Shown piece by piece: positions 18,563-29,109 of a DNA stretch of 64,000 nucleotides. The stretch is taken from NCBI GenBank assembly GCA_965218585.1, contig CBDCLE010000017.1, forward strand, positions 192,001 through 256,000, in the 5' to 3' direction. Both the position numbers and the translations under genes were made by a program. The notes beneath the pieces are model-generated. The model made no database searches, was not told where the DNA came from, and was given only the letters and a program-made list of their open reading frames with translations. Source of the stretch: Terriglobia bacterium. Lineage in GTDB: Bacteria > Acidobacteriota > Terriglobia > 20CM-2-55-15. Positions within the stretch are counted from its first letter, which is position 1. The number at the start of each line of letters is the position of its first letter.

Positions 18563-19489
18563 GTGCGCCACGATCCCGTAGCAGACGCCACGCCGCAGGC
18601 GCGGGACCCTTTCCGGATGCTCGACCAGGTCAACGCATTGGCCGAGGCGCGCGAGGCCGATCCGGACCTCGGCTTCGTGGGGAGGGTGTTGGCGCTGTGC
18701 AGCCTGCCACGGACGAATCCAGGAAACCAAGACAAATACATCCGACGGAACGGACCGTTCACTCTGGTGATGACCGCAACGGGGGAATACAAACTGCCCT
18801 ACGGCACCCTGCCGCGTCTCTTAATGGCCTGGGTCTCGACCGAAGCCGTGCGTACTCAGAACCGCGAACTCGTCTTGGGGGATTCGCTCGCGCACTTCAT
18901 GAGGACGTTGGGAATTTACAACAGCGGCGGCCACCCGCAAACGCGCCTAAAAAACCAGATGCGGCGGTTGTTCAACGCGAGCATTCGGTTGATTCACAAA
19001 CACGAACATGGCGAGCGGTTCATCGCCTCGCAGATCGCCGACAGGGGGGAGTTCTGGTGGGACCCCAAGCGACCCGCGGAGCGAACGCTATGGCAGAGCA
19101 AGATTCGGCTGGGTGAAGAGTTTTTCAACGAGATCATCCATCATCCGGTGCCTCTGGACATGAACACGCTGAAGGGGCTGAAGCGGTCGCCCCTCGGGCT
19201 CGACTTGTACATGTGGCTGGTCTACCGGACATTCAAACTCGATGCCCCGCTGCGGCTGTCTTGGCCGGTGCTCTATCGGCAGTTCGGGGCGGACCCGAGC
19301 CGATCCTACGATAACGTGACGGTCCAGCATTTCCAAACAGACTGCCTGCGCGAGCTGAAGAAGATCAGGACAGCTTGGCCGGGCCTGAAATACCGCATCG
19401 AGCGCGGCCGACGACATGAAAAGACCGGGGGGGGGGGGGTTCTGTTGCCATCCACCCCGCAGATCCCTCCTCTAAAACTCGTCATATAG
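18563..19489 (+). CDS. repA: Plasmid-type replication initiator RepA (RepA_C family), copy 1
   Basis: LCSLPRTNPG, LPYGTLPRLLMAW, HPVPLDMNTLKGLKRSPLGLDLYMWL, QFG. An RBS-preceded ATG at 18529 is 1 nt out of frame; G13 run at 19427-19439. Confidence 0.85.
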   Translation: MRHDPVADATPQARDPFRMLDQVNALAEAREADPDLGFVGRVLALCSLPRTNPGNQDKYIRRNGPFTLVMTATGEYKLPYGTLPRLLMAWVSTEAVRTQNRELVLGDSLAHFMRTLGIYNSGGHPQTRLKNQMRRLFNASIRLIHKHEHGERFIASQIADRGEFWWDPKRPAERTLWQSKIRLGEEFFNEIIHHPVPLDMNTLKGLKRSPLGLDLYMWLVYRTFKLDAPLRLSWPVLYRQFGADPSRSYDNVTVQHFQTDCLRELKKIRTAWPGLKYRIERGRRHEKTGGGGVLLPSTPQIPPLKLVI

Positions 19490-19505
19490 CCCAACGACAG
19501 CCTAG

Positions 19506-19613
19506 GAGTCTGCGCGGCAGAACGATTTTGAGTCATTGCGACCACAACATAGTGTGTGTGCGCAGCACTTAGCATCGACATGGAGTACCGAGTTTCTTCT
19601 GCCGCGCAGACTC
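19506..19613. mobile_element. MITE with the termini of IS1182 element 2
   Basis: 108 bp; ends gagtctgcgcggcagaa / ttctgccgcgcagactc; CTAG on both sides (19502-19505, 19614-19617); no transposase. Confidence 0.9.
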
Positions 19614-19689
19614 CTAGGGGCGCCATTTGCCCCCATAACGAAACGGGGCTGTCCGGCCGTTGCGGAACCGTCAGAGGCCTTGTCAGAGT

Positions 19690-19815
19690 CGTTTCCACAG
19701 GTCGCTGTGATTTCGGGGAGTTTTCAACGGTCTTTCACCGCACATGACTCCCCCAAATCAACGGTCTTTCACCACACACTACAAGTAATAAGAACAAGTA
19801 GTAAGAAACAAGTAG
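19690..19815. repeat. Putative replication origin: iteron-like repeats and AT-rich repeats
   Basis: tcaacggtctttcacc(g/a)caca at 19724 and 19758; acaagta x3; DnaA-box-like tttccaca; immediately downstream of repA. Confidence 0.6.
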
Positions 19816-19849
19816 GAGGAGCGGCAGAATCTGTTGAAAAACCACAGAC

Positions 19850-20050
19850 ACTGAACAATTCCGGCTTCTATCTGGACGTTACCGGACATGCCCTCTTTCC
19901 ACGCGCCACGGCAGATCCACCGCACTTCGCTGTGCAAAGTGCCGGTTTTGACACCGGCGCCGGGTTGACAGCGGCAATGGGCTATACCTTTGGAGGAAGG
20001 TTCTCGCCCGAAGTCGAATGGGGATTCCAGCGGGTTGGCATCGGCAATCC
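19850..20050 (+). pseudogene. Outer-membrane beta-barrel protein fragment
   Basis: SGFYLDVTG...FDTGAGLTAAMGYTFGGRFSPEVEWGFQR alternating beta-strand pattern; no start or C-terminus. Confidence 0.4.
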
Positions 20051-20233
20051 AGATGAGAATCTCTCCAGGCTAATTGTCGTTGGGGCATCTTCGCGGCCCG
20101 CAGCTTTTAAAATCTCCCAGATGTCGTCGCAGAAATCCCCCTTCACTTCGAGGACCAGCGCGGCGGTTCGGCGCTCCGGCTCCGTGGCGTGCCAGCCGAG
20201 CAATTGCCGGGCAAACGGGTTCATGCAGGCCAG

Positions 20234-21086
20234 TTGAACATCTATATCGACGAGTCTGGAGCGTTCGTTCCACCCATCCACAATCGCCCACATCTCTACT
20301 CTCTCGTGCTCGCACTCGTCGTGCCGAGCGCGAATGAGAGCGAGCTCTTCTATCAGTTCCTTCGCTTGCGCGATAGCTGGCCGCAACAGGCTGTCGAGAT
20401 TAAGGGAAGCAAGCTCAACGAGGACCAAACGGCTCAAGTTATGAAGGTGCTAGCCGCGCACGGCGTCATTGCCGAATATCGTGCGATCGACATGGCGTTG
20501 CACCCAAGCGAGGTCATCGACGAATTTAAAAGTCGCCAAGCGGCATCGCTAACCGAGCACCTCACGCCGTCGCACGCCGTAGCCGTCGTACAAAGAGTGC
20601 ACGACGACGCCGAGGTGATTCGTACAATCGCAAATCCGCTCTTCGTGCAAGCAGTCGTGACTATTGAACTCATTCTCGAAATGCTCGGTACAGCAATCAA
20701 TTACTTTGCCCAACGGCGGCCCCGCGAACTTGGTCGGTTCGCCTGGGTGATCGACCAGAAAGACCGTTCCATTACTCAGATGGAGCAGCTTTGGTCTAGC
20801 CTGATTATGCCTGTTGGAGAGTCAGAAAGCGCGCGGCATCCGTACGCTAGGGTTGAAGGCTTCGACTACAGCCACTTCGAAAAGTACGAAATCGACGAAT
20901 CAACCGCCGACGAAAAGATGAAGCGGCACCTTCAATGGATGCGCAGCACACTCCCTTTCTCGAAGGCCGTCCCGGACCGTCTACGCTGCATCAATGCAAA
21001 GCGGATTTGGACGGAAGAACGATCATTCGCAGACTCCAAAGACAATCTCGGGCTGCAACTCGCGGATATTGCTGTTAGCAGCCTAG
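20234..21086 (+). pseudogene. DUF3800-family protein, C-terminus cut by IS701
   Basis: N-terminal IYIDESG and C-terminal DSKDNLGLQLADI motifs; runs into the IS terminus. Confidence 0.75.
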
Positions 21087-22554
21087 TACTACTATGTTAC
21101 AAACGAAGCGGTCCACAGAACGGACAACGAGGAAGCTGCTGAATCAGGAAGCGGGCGATGCGAATGCGAAGCGTGGCAATCGAGCAGGGGTTATGTCGTT
21201 CGGGCCGGATCCGGGGTTCCGCGGGGTTTGAAGTGTTTGGGGAGTTTGGGGACGGATAGTCCAACATGCTCGACAAATGCAGAGGGGGAAAAACGGCTCC
21301 GCTCGGCGACCAGGAACCCATAAGAGGCAATACATAAGGTGCCATGATGGTGAAATCCACGCCAGCCGCGACCTTCGTAGTGTCCCAGACCGAGTTCCTG
21401 CTTGAGTTCCTGATAGTCGCGTTCGATGATCCAGCGCTGTTTGGCCTGACCGGCCAGATCGGAAAGCGAGGTATGGGCCCCAAGAGTGGAGAGCCAATAC
21501 CGGATCGGTTCGGATGCGGTCTTGGGCCACTCGACCAACAACCACTCTTTCGGATGCGGCGAGTGGCGCTCGTGATCCAGATGAGCGGGACGAATGCGAA
21601 CTGCGGCGAAACGGGAACGCAGGGTCTCGGAGGTGCCTTCGCGCCAGGAGACGTTCTTCCAACGCTGGGGAGACAACGAGAGGGCCAGTTGCTTGACCGA
21701 AACCGGTTGATGTTTCTTGTTGCGCTGCATGCGGGTCGGTGTCCGTCCGCGGCCGGTCAAGGATTTCGGCGGCAAGGGACCCTGGCCCGGTTTCCACACG
21801 GTCGTGGTGCCTTGCACCCCTAGGACGTAGCTAAGTCCGAGTTCGGTGATGCCGTGCCGGAACTTGTAGTTGTTGCCGTAGGCCGTATCGCCCAGAACCG
21901 GTGCCGGAGCAATGCCGTCATCGACGGCCTGCCGGATTTGTTCCAAAGCAATTTGAGGTTTAGTTTGAAATCGAACGTCTTCGGGAATAGCGGCTTTGCT
22001 TCGACGTTCCGGATCCTTCGCCCAGGTCTCGGGGAGGTAGAGTCGCCATGCCACCGGCAAGCTGGATTTCGCTGTCGCCACCGACAGGCTCACCGCCACC
22101 CGGCAGTTCTCAGGTTTGCCGACCTGTCCACAGTATTGCCGGGCCACACCCACCGAGTGGGTCCCCTTTTTCACGAATCCGGTGTCGTCGACAATCCAGG
22201 CTTCAATCGGACCGTTGGCTTCCATCGCCCCCAGCGCGTACTGTCGAACTTCTGCCAACAGAGCCGCATCGTCCCAGGGCGCATCCGCGACCAGATGATG
22301 TAGCGACTGGTGCATTCGGCGTACATTATCCGGAGCCAATCGTGCAGCCATCGGCTCCACACTCTTACGTTTGATCGGCAGCAACAACCCGGTGCAGTAC
22401 GACTTCAACGGTTCATGACGATCGGCGTGTCCTGCGGCCGACGCCAGGCGTTCCAAATAGGCCGCAAAACGTTTTTCCTGAGTGCCTGGCGCCTTCGATT
22501 TGGCGCTCATGACCGGATGCTAACATAAAATAGACCGTTTGTAACACAGTAGTA
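21087..22554 (-). mobile_element. IS701-family insertion sequence
   Basis: TIRs tactactatgttacaaacg / cgtttgtaacacagtagta; flanks ctag / ctat are not a perfect duplication. Confidence 0.88.
21191..22510 (-). CDS. IS701-family transposase
   Basis: RKSVEPMA, VDDTGFVKKGTHSVGVARQYCG and RWIIERDYQELKQELGL motifs. Confidence 0.92.
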   Translation of the reverse strand: MSAKSKAPGTQEKRFAAYLERLASAAGHADRHEPLKSYCTGLLLPIKRKSVEPMAARLAPDNVRRMHQSLHHLVADAPWDDAALLAEVRQYALGAMEANGPIEAWIVDDTGFVKKGTHSVGVARQYCGQVGKPENCRVAVSLSVATAKSSLPVAWRLYLPETWAKDPERRSKAAIPEDVRFQTKPQIALEQIRQAVDDGIAPAPVLGDTAYGNNYKFRHGITELGLSYVLGVQGTTTVWKPGQGPLPPKSLTGRGRTPTRMQRNKKHQPVSVKQLALSLSPQRWKNVSWREGTSETLRSRFAAVRIRPAHLDHERHSPHPKEWLLVEWPKTASEPIRYWLSTLGAHTSLSDLAGQAKQRWIIERDYQELKQELGLGHYEGRGWRGFHHHGTLCIASYGFLVAERSRFSPSAFVEHVGLSVPKLPKHFKPRGTPDPARTT

Positions 22555-22666
22555 CTATACGTTCATGTTAAACAAGTCGGTCTGTTTCTCACGAAGTTGA
22601 GGCCACCGCCCTGGAACTATCTAGACACTTCCCGTCTGATATCGTCCAATGGACCTGTGAGGACCA

Positions 22667-23665
22667 ATGATGGAAGTGATGCGCGCTTTCGTGATCAAAG
22701 AGCCTGGAGGGCCGGAAAAGCTCGAACTCCGAGAGGTGGCCCGACCATTGCCTCGGGACGGGTGGGTCTTGATTCGCAACCGGGCATTCGGGCTGAACCG
22801 GTCAGAGTGGTTCACACGACGGGGGGAGTCGCCCTCGGTTGAATTTCCCCGTGTGCTCGGCATCGAATGTGTAGGTGAGGTGGTCGCCGCGCCAGGAAGC
22901 GACCTGACCGCTGGTTTCCGTGTCGCGGCCATGATGGGCGGGATGGGGCGACAGTTCGACGGTTCCTATGCCGAGTATGTTCTCGTGCCGCGGCAACATG
23001 TGTTCCCGTTGAAGACGAACCTGGACTGGAAAATCCTAGGAGCGCTGCCTGAGATGCTACAGACGGTGCATGGATCCCTCCACACCGGCCTTGAAATTGA
23101 AAGGGCGCAGAACCTCCTCGTGCGCGGAGCCACATCGTCGATTGGCTTCGCGGCTATGGCTCTGGCGAAATTGGCAGGCCTTGAGGTCACGGCGACTACC
23201 CGACACACAACCAAGGTCGACGAGCTCAGGGCCTCCGGAGCTACCCACGTGCTCGTGGACGATGAATCCATAGCGCACAAAGCCCGAGCCATTTACCCAG
23301 AAGGTGTCGACCGGGTCCTCGAACTCGTCGGGGCCACAACACTGCTGAATTCTTTGCAGGCCGTGCGACGGGGCGGCATCGTGTGCATGACGGGCATTCT
23401 TGGCGGCAAGTGGGTTCTATCGGAGTTTCGCCCCATGGAAGACGTGCCGACCGGCGTAAAATTCACCTCATACAGCGGTGAGTCGTCCGACATCGCATGC
23501 GCGCAGCTTCAAGAATACGTCTCTCTCGTGGAGTCCGGTGATCTAACGCTGAAGCTCGGCCCGACCTTCCCTTTCGAAAGGCTCCGTGAAGCGCACACCA
23601 TGATGGACGAGAACCGGGCCCAAGGTAAGATCGTGATAGCGGCGTCTGACCGTGGTGGCAAGTAA
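22667..23665 (+). CDS. MDR-superfamily NADPH:quinone reductase-like oxidoreductase
   Basis: GGPEKL, AFGLNRSE, PRVLGIECVG, RGATSSIG and GKIVI motifs. Confidence 0.88.
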   Translation: MMEVMRAFVIKEPGGPEKLELREVARPLPRDGWVLIRNRAFGLNRSEWFTRRGESPSVEFPRVLGIECVGEVVAAPGSDLTAGFRVAAMMGGMGRQFDGSYAEYVLVPRQHVFPLKTNLDWKILGALPEMLQTVHGSLHTGLEIERAQNLLVRGATSSIGFAAMALAKLAGLEVTATTRHTTKVDELRASGATHVLVDDESIAHKARAIYPEGVDRVLELVGATTLLNSLQAVRRGGIVCMTGILGGKWVLSEFRPMEDVPTGVKFTSYSGESSDIACAQLQEYVSLVESGDLTLKLGPTFPFERLREAHTMMDENRAQGKIVIAASDRGGK

Positions 23666-24288
23666 GCTACTTGGATGTAAGACCGGCTTGCCGGACAAGC
23701 GACAAATGCTCTAACGTTCACTCAAGCTACACCAACCTGCATCGGTCGCCGAGGTGTCCACGTGAGCACAACATCTGGTTGACAGTGCCCATACGCGGCA
23801 CAATGATGACCACTATCAAAGGAGTAGATCATGTGGGTAGGAGACAAGCGATTCCTTGACCTCCCGCTGGGACCGTTCAGAATCTCTGACGGATCGGGAA
23901 CGCGTCGGGCGGCAACCTTCCGCGGCGTGCTCGGTGGCATATGTGTAGGCCTTCTCTGCGCCACAACCGCTCTCGGTCAGGCCTCGCTGGGTGAGCTCAA
24001 CGCATCGATTGCCCAACTCGCGGAAGAGGTCCTGCCAGGCGTGGTCCAGATCGAGAGCAACTCTTACGCCCCGATTCTTGGTGCCGGAAATTCCGCTCCA
24101 GTCTCATTACAGCCAAGCACCGGATCCGGAGTGATCCTGAGCGAGGATGGCTTCATCGTTACAAATGCCCACGTGGTGTCGGGTGCTACCCAGATCCAGG
24201 TGCAGCTTGCCTCGTTCGACGGGTCTCCCGGCCGGAGTGTGTTACGCCGCCAAGGAAAGAGACTCAAAGCTGAGATCGTCGGGATCGA

Positions 24289-25653
24289 GAGGTCGTTCCA
24301 ATCGGTGTGTAAAAAGAGAAGGCGGTGTACGCTTTCAGTGAATTCGAAACCGTAAGCAATCCCGGCAGCAATCGGGAGAAAGGTACACCACCCATGAAGA
24401 AGAAGAACATACCGGCATCAGTGGCGTCAACGAACGCGTATGAAGGTTTGGAGGACTGGGCGCGATCCCGGGTCCAAGTCTGGCTACAGGAGCTGCTCGA
24501 GGACGAAGTCACTCAATTTCTGGGTCGGGAAAAGTTGGAGCGGAGTCCGAATCGACGAGGATACCGGAACGGTCACGGGAAGCCGCGACGCTTCGCAATG
24601 ATGAACGGTACGATGGAGGTTCGACGACCTCGGGTTCGAAACACCGCCGAGCGGTTCGAGAGTCAGATCCTGCCGTATTTTCGACGGAAATCGAAACAGC
24701 TGGGCGAGCTACTTCCCGATCTCTACCTCCACGGTCTGGCCACAGGGGACTTCGAGCAGGCCATGCGCGGACTGCTTGGCGCTGGCGCTCCGTTGTCGCG
24801 AGCATCGATCCAACGACTGAAATCGACCTGGCAGTTGGAGTATGACGAGTGGGTCCAGCAGGACCTGTCCGGCCTCGAGGTCGTGTACCAGTGGGCAGAC
24901 GGCTTGTACGTGAAAGCGGGGATCGCGAAAGAGCGAGCGGCATTGCTGGTGATCATCGGAGCCTTGTCAGACGGGCGCAAAGTGGTGTTGGCCTGTGAGA
25001 GCGGGCAGCGGGAAAGCAAGGAGTCCTGGAGCCGCATTCTGCGCAATCTCCAGAGACGGGGCCTGAAGCTGGGACGGCTGACTGTCGCGGACGGTCACCT
25101 GGGCATCTGGTCCGCGCTGGCCGAGCAACAGCCCCAGGGCCAGGAACAACGCTGCTGGAACCACAAGTCGATCAACGTGGTCGATCATCTGCCGAAGACC
25201 GAGCAGCCCGCGGCCAGACAGCTGCTTCATGGGATGGCCTTCGCGAACTCCCGCGCGGCCTGCGAACGAAAGCGGGATCAGTTCGTCCGCCGATATGAGA
25301 AGAACTATCCCAAAGCGGGTGAGACGCTGTTGCGGGACTGGGACCGGATGATTACTTTCTATGAGTTCCCGAAACAACACTGGGTGCATCTGAGAACGAC
25401 CAACATCGTCGAATCGCCCTTCGACATGGTTCGTCTCCGCACCAACGCCGCTCGCCGATTCAAGCGTGTCGAGAATGCAACGGCAATGATCTGGAAGCTA
25501 CTACGTGTCGCTGAGAAGGCTTGGCGACACTTAAAAGGATCCGAACTCTTACAAGAGGTCTATGATGGTCAGCAATTCGCTGACGGCATCAGAGTCGTGA
25601 TGAAATCGAAGGCCGCCGCCTGATGACTTTTACACACCTTTTGTAATGACCTC
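24289..25653 (+). mobile_element. IS256-family insertion sequence (complete copy)
   Basis: Imperfect TIRs gaggtcgttccaatcggtgtgtaaaa / ttttacacaccttttgtaatgacctc; 8-bp TSD GGGATCGA (24281-24288, 25654-25661). Confidence 0.93.
24394..25623 (+). CDS. IS256-family transposase
   Basis: YRNGH, WADGLY, ADGHLG, QRCWNHK and LRTTNIVES motifs. Confidence 0.92.
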   Translation: MKKKNIPASVASTNAYEGLEDWARSRVQVWLQELLEDEVTQFLGREKLERSPNRRGYRNGHGKPRRFAMMNGTMEVRRPRVRNTAERFESQILPYFRRKSKQLGELLPDLYLHGLATGDFEQAMRGLLGAGAPLSRASIQRLKSTWQLEYDEWVQQDLSGLEVVYQWADGLYVKAGIAKERAALLVIIGALSDGRKVVLACESGQRESKESWSRILRNLQRRGLKLGRLTVADGHLGIWSALAEQQPQGQEQRCWNHKSINVVDHLPKTEQPAARQLLHGMAFANSRAACERKRDQFVRRYEKNYPKAGETLLRDWDRMITFYEFPKQHWVHLRTTNIVESPFDMVRLRTNAARRFKRVENATAMIWKLLRVAEKAWRHLKGSELLQEVYDGQQFADGIRVVMKSKAAA

Positions 25654-26802
25654 GGGATCGACATGGAAACAGACCTGGCTCTGATCAAGGTTGAATCGAC
25701 GGGCCTGCCGGCTCTGGAGTTGGCGGATTCCGAACAGGTCCGGCAGGGGCAGTTGGTTCTCGCGTTCGGCAGTCCCCTGGGATTGGAGAACTCAGTCAGT
25801 ATGGGCATCGTCAGCTCCGTGGCCCGGCAGCTCGAACCAGAAAGCCCTATGATCTACATGCAAACGGACGCACCGATTAACCCCGGCAATAGCGGTGGAC
25901 CGCTGGTTGACGTCGAGGGGCGGGTCGTTGGCATTAACAGCATGATCGTCTCACCGTCCGGAGCGAGCTCGGGTTTGGGGTTTGCGGTGCCGAGTAACAT
26001 CGTCGCTTCGATTGTCGAACAATTGCGTGAGTACGGAGTATTCACTCGCGGAGAAATCGGAATCCAGGCTCAGACGATCACACCCGAATTGGCTGCGGGT
26101 CTGGGCCTTGATCGCGATGCTGGGGTTGTTCTCTCCGATGTGTACGTAGGAGGACCGGCGTACAACGCGGGAGTATTAATAGGCGATATCGTGCTGAGTC
26201 TGAACGGAAAGCCGATGGAAAACGCCAGACAGCTCATGGTCAATCTGTACGGGCAGTTGCCAAGTCGATCGGCGAGTCTGGAGGTGTTGCGTAACGGTGA
26301 AAGGTTAAGCCGCTCTGTCATCGTGCGGGCTCGCAGTGACGAACCGCAGAGCGTCGTACGATTCATCGACATGGAACAGCGTCTGGTATCGCGGCTTGGG
26401 ATCCTGGCGGTTCCAGTGGACAACACTGTGCGGGGGCTGCTCCCTGTTCTTCGGATGCCTGACGGAATATTGGTAACGGACCTGGCGCTTTCTGCTGACG
26501 CACCCCGGGGATTGTTCGCGCCCGGCGACATTCTCTTTACTTTGAACGGACAGGTATTGCGCTCTGTTGCCGATCTGGAAATGACTCTCAGCAGACAACC
26601 GCCCGGAGAGTCTCTGGTTTTTCAAGTTGAACGCAGAGGAAGACTTTCCTTTGTGGTTGTTCAACTCTACTGAGTCTGGGCGGCCGTCCCATGCTCTAGC
26701 GAACGACTAACAGACGGGGCAGAAGTCGGCTCTTCGGGCAGTGGAGATATAGCTAACCGGATCACTTGGACGTATAACCGGCTAACCGGACAAATGGTGA
26801 CG

Positions 26803-27216
26803 TTACTCCCCATAAACGTTTCCGCAAGCTAGGACTCTTTCTGTCGATCCGAGCCACTTGCGAGCCTCGACGGTGTCTCGGAAGACTCTCAGTTCTAGGC
26901 CCTCTTTTTCGGCAAAAGCCGAAAGCATTCTAGCCAACCCGAATCTAAGATCCGCTGAAACAACCCATGCGGCACGCTTGGCGATGGGGATCGGCAACGA
27001 GGCCAGGAACTTGGCAAAGGAGCGGAGCTCGTCGGACGAAAAGACTGCTTCCGAGCGACGAATGTCCATATGAAGACAGCAATCTCGGATGCTTGTCGAC
27101 TCCTTAAGCCCCGCTGAGATTGCTGCCTGTACCTCAGCAAGGCTGTACTTGCCCTCAGCAACAATGAAGAGGGTTTCACCTTCCTGAATCCGTGATAGGC
27201 GAACCGGTTCGTACAT
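26803..27216 (-). CDS. Small STAS/SpoIIAA-like domain protein
   Basis: DIRRSE...RAAWVVS.DLRFGLARM...VFRDTVEARKWL pattern; RBS GGAGG upstream. Confidence 0.6.
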   Translation of the reverse strand: MYEPVRLSRIQEGETLFIVAEGKYSLAEVQAAISAGLKESTSIRDCCLHMDIRRSEAVFSSDELRSFAKFLASLPIPIAKRAAWVVSADLRFGLARMLSAFAEKEGLELRVFRDTVEARKWLGSTERVLACGNVYGE

Positions 27217-27361
27217 TTCTTACCTCCGATGGGAGAAGTCCGTTCCTTTCCCGACGTGTTTCGATCCCTGTGCGTTACTTCAGTCGTTAGCGACCTCCTT
27301 GTCGGCAAAGGTAGGAGGCCGCGATCAGAGCGGCAGCCGTCCACGACATCCCCGCTACACC

Positions 27362-27757
27362 CTAGGCGTGCAGATGGAAGACCTTGTTCATAATCTTCCA
27401 CCCCCCGTCGACTCTTAGCAGTGTGAATAAGTCGGTGAACCGGTAACCGGTCCAGTTGTCGAGTTCAAGCCGCACGGTGGCGACTGTGTCAACTAGGTCG
27501 ATGCTAGCGATCCGTGCTTGGAGCCCGGCAGCTGGACCGTTCTCGTCATTCCAGTCAAAGAGCTGCTGGATGGGGCCGGCGAACAGGTCGGCACCGACAT
27601 AACCGAAGATTGTCGCGTCCCTGTGGAACGCTGGTTTCATGTCGTCGCCTTTCCCGGACTTTGCGCCATCGATGTAATGCTGGATGACCGCGGCGATCTG
27701 GTCATGCTGTGTCTCCGTTTCTGTACCCACGTGGTTTGTTTCGTTACTGAGTGCCAT
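27362..27757 (-). CDS. NTF2-like / putative lumazine-binding family protein
   Basis: YIDGAKSGKGDDMKPAFH...FTDLFTLLRVDGGWKIMNKVFH. Confidence 0.85.
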   Translation of the reverse strand: MALSNETNHVGTETETQHDQIAAVIQHYIDGAKSGKGDDMKPAFHRDATIFGYVGADLFAGPIQQLFDWNDENGPAAGLQARIASIDLVDTVATVRLELDNWTGYRFTDLFTLLRVDGGWKIMNKVFHLHA

Positions 27758-27998
27758 ACTGTCTCCTTTTTTTCGAATTGGTGAGTGTCTCGCACTACGT
27801 CCTCAAACCGCGGTACAACTCCGGCGTTCGCAGTGCGAGTCCATAAAGTGAACAATCGGTCGTCAGGGCGTGTATCGGTCCAGCAGGTCCGTGATCGTCC
27901 GCCTGGCCTGACGAGGTAATTCCTTGCTCATTGTTTCTCTCTCCTTCGTGGTCATGGTTGTGAGCGCCTTCGGGACGGGTGCTCCCGATCATCACGTG

Positions 27999-28985
27999 TC
28001 AATGACGCACTGGTTCTAAGTACGCCTTCTGGAGATTCCATTTATGTAGACCGGCGATGAATGGCCGTGCTGCTGCTAACCCCGGAGGAAGTTCGTACCC
28101 GGGTCCCAGATCGTGCTCTAGCAGGGTCACCAGTGAAGAGCCAGACCGGTGCGCACTGCGTACTAGCTCGATCAACTCTGCGAGATAGCGGACATAGCGT
28201 CCAAAGATCGCGGTCGTGGTTGGGATGCCGTGACCGGGTATGATCGTCTGAACTTCCAAGGTGGCTGCGAATCGGGAGATCGTTTCCAGGTATGCTCCCG
28301 GCTGCCCCTCGATCAGCAAAGGAATGGTTCCTTCGCCGATTACAAGGTTCCCGGTCCACGCGGTCTGGGTCTGCGGCTCGTAGACCACGGTGTCACCGGC
28401 CGTGTTTCCCGGACCAAAGTGGTGGACGTCGGCGTATCGACCGCCCAGATCCAGCCGGATGTGATCTTCAAACTCCAAGTCCGGTAGACGGAGCTCAACT
28501 CCCTCAAAGACTGCGGCATCATCATTGACTGTCGGTAGCAGGAAGGTACGTTCGAATTCGAAGCGCTGCATATGCCGCGCCGTTTCGCGGTGGGCAACGA
28601 TGATCGTCTCGGACGGAAAGGCGTAATTTCCGAACGTGTGATCGCCATGATAGTTGGTGTTGATCAGGTAGAGGATCGGCTTTTGCGTCACCCGACCGAC
28701 GGCATCCTGAATCTGTTGGGCCATATTGCCGTTGATATGGGCATCAATGACCAGGACTCCCTGCTCGCCGACTATGAACCCGCTGTTATCGACTCCGGGG
28801 TGATTGGAGAGCAGGGCGTAGACGTCGCTTCCGAGCGGCCGGGTTACGAGCGTGATGCCTTCCGGGTGGAGCGGCGGGGAGATAAACCCCGCCGGGCTAT
28901 CCAAATTCAGGGGGCGTTGCTCCGCCGACGCAGGCAGGAGCAGTACGACGAGAACCATTGCTACGATTGCTGTTTTCAGTTTCAC
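27999..28985 (-). CDS. Secreted MBL-fold metallo-hydrolase (cyclase-like)
   Basis: Signal peptide; NTNYHGDHTFGN (first His replaced by Asn), GPGNTAGD and IPGHG motifs. Confidence 0.8.
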   Translation of the reverse strand: MKLKTAIVAMVLVVLLLPASAEQRPLNLDSPAGFISPPLHPEGITLVTRPLGSDVYALLSNHPGVDNSGFIVGEQGVLVIDAHINGNMAQQIQDAVGRVTQKPILYLINTNYHGDHTFGNYAFPSETIIVAHRETARHMQRFEFERTFLLPTVNDDAAVFEGVELRLPDLEFEDHIRLDLGGRYADVHHFGPGNTAGDTVVYEPQTQTAWTGNLVIGEGTIPLLIEGQPGAYLETISRFAATLEVQTIIPGHGIPTTTAIFGRYVRYLAELIELVRSAHRSGSSLVTLLEHDLGPGYELPPGLAAARPFIAGLHKWNLQKAYLEPVRH

Positions 28986-29109
28986 TTTTCTATCTCCTTC
29001 AATGTTTTAGGTGTTGACGTATCGTTCCGTTCCAAAGAACAAAGACTTTGACGCGGATCCTTACCCTAATTTGTGTGTCAAAGCTGACATTGTGTTTAGC
29101 TCCTTGTTA

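Larger units (their letters stand above)
23831..26673 (+). pseudogene. HtrA/DegP-type serine protease with PDZ domains, split by IS256
   Basis: GSGVI..TNAHVV in the 5' part; TDLAL and QTDAPINPGNSGGPL in the 3' part. Removing the IS restores EIVGIDMETDLAL. Confidence 0.9.

Noticed and set aside
19536-20437. ORFs 19536-20237 (+) and 19982-20437 (-) as real genes
   Set aside because: The first runs through the MITE and origin repeats and the second overlaps DUF3800 antisense; only a short beta-barrel-like relic is credible.
23706-23790. attC-like start (ctctaacgttcactcaagc) suggesting integron cassettes
   Set aside because: No matching GTTRRRY end with dyad symmetry, no repeated attC sites and no intI.
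17821-27807. Near-repeat gcactacgtcc(c)tcaaa at 17821 and 27792
   Set aside because: 16 nt with an indel is within chance expectation for 64 kb, and there is no supporting structure.
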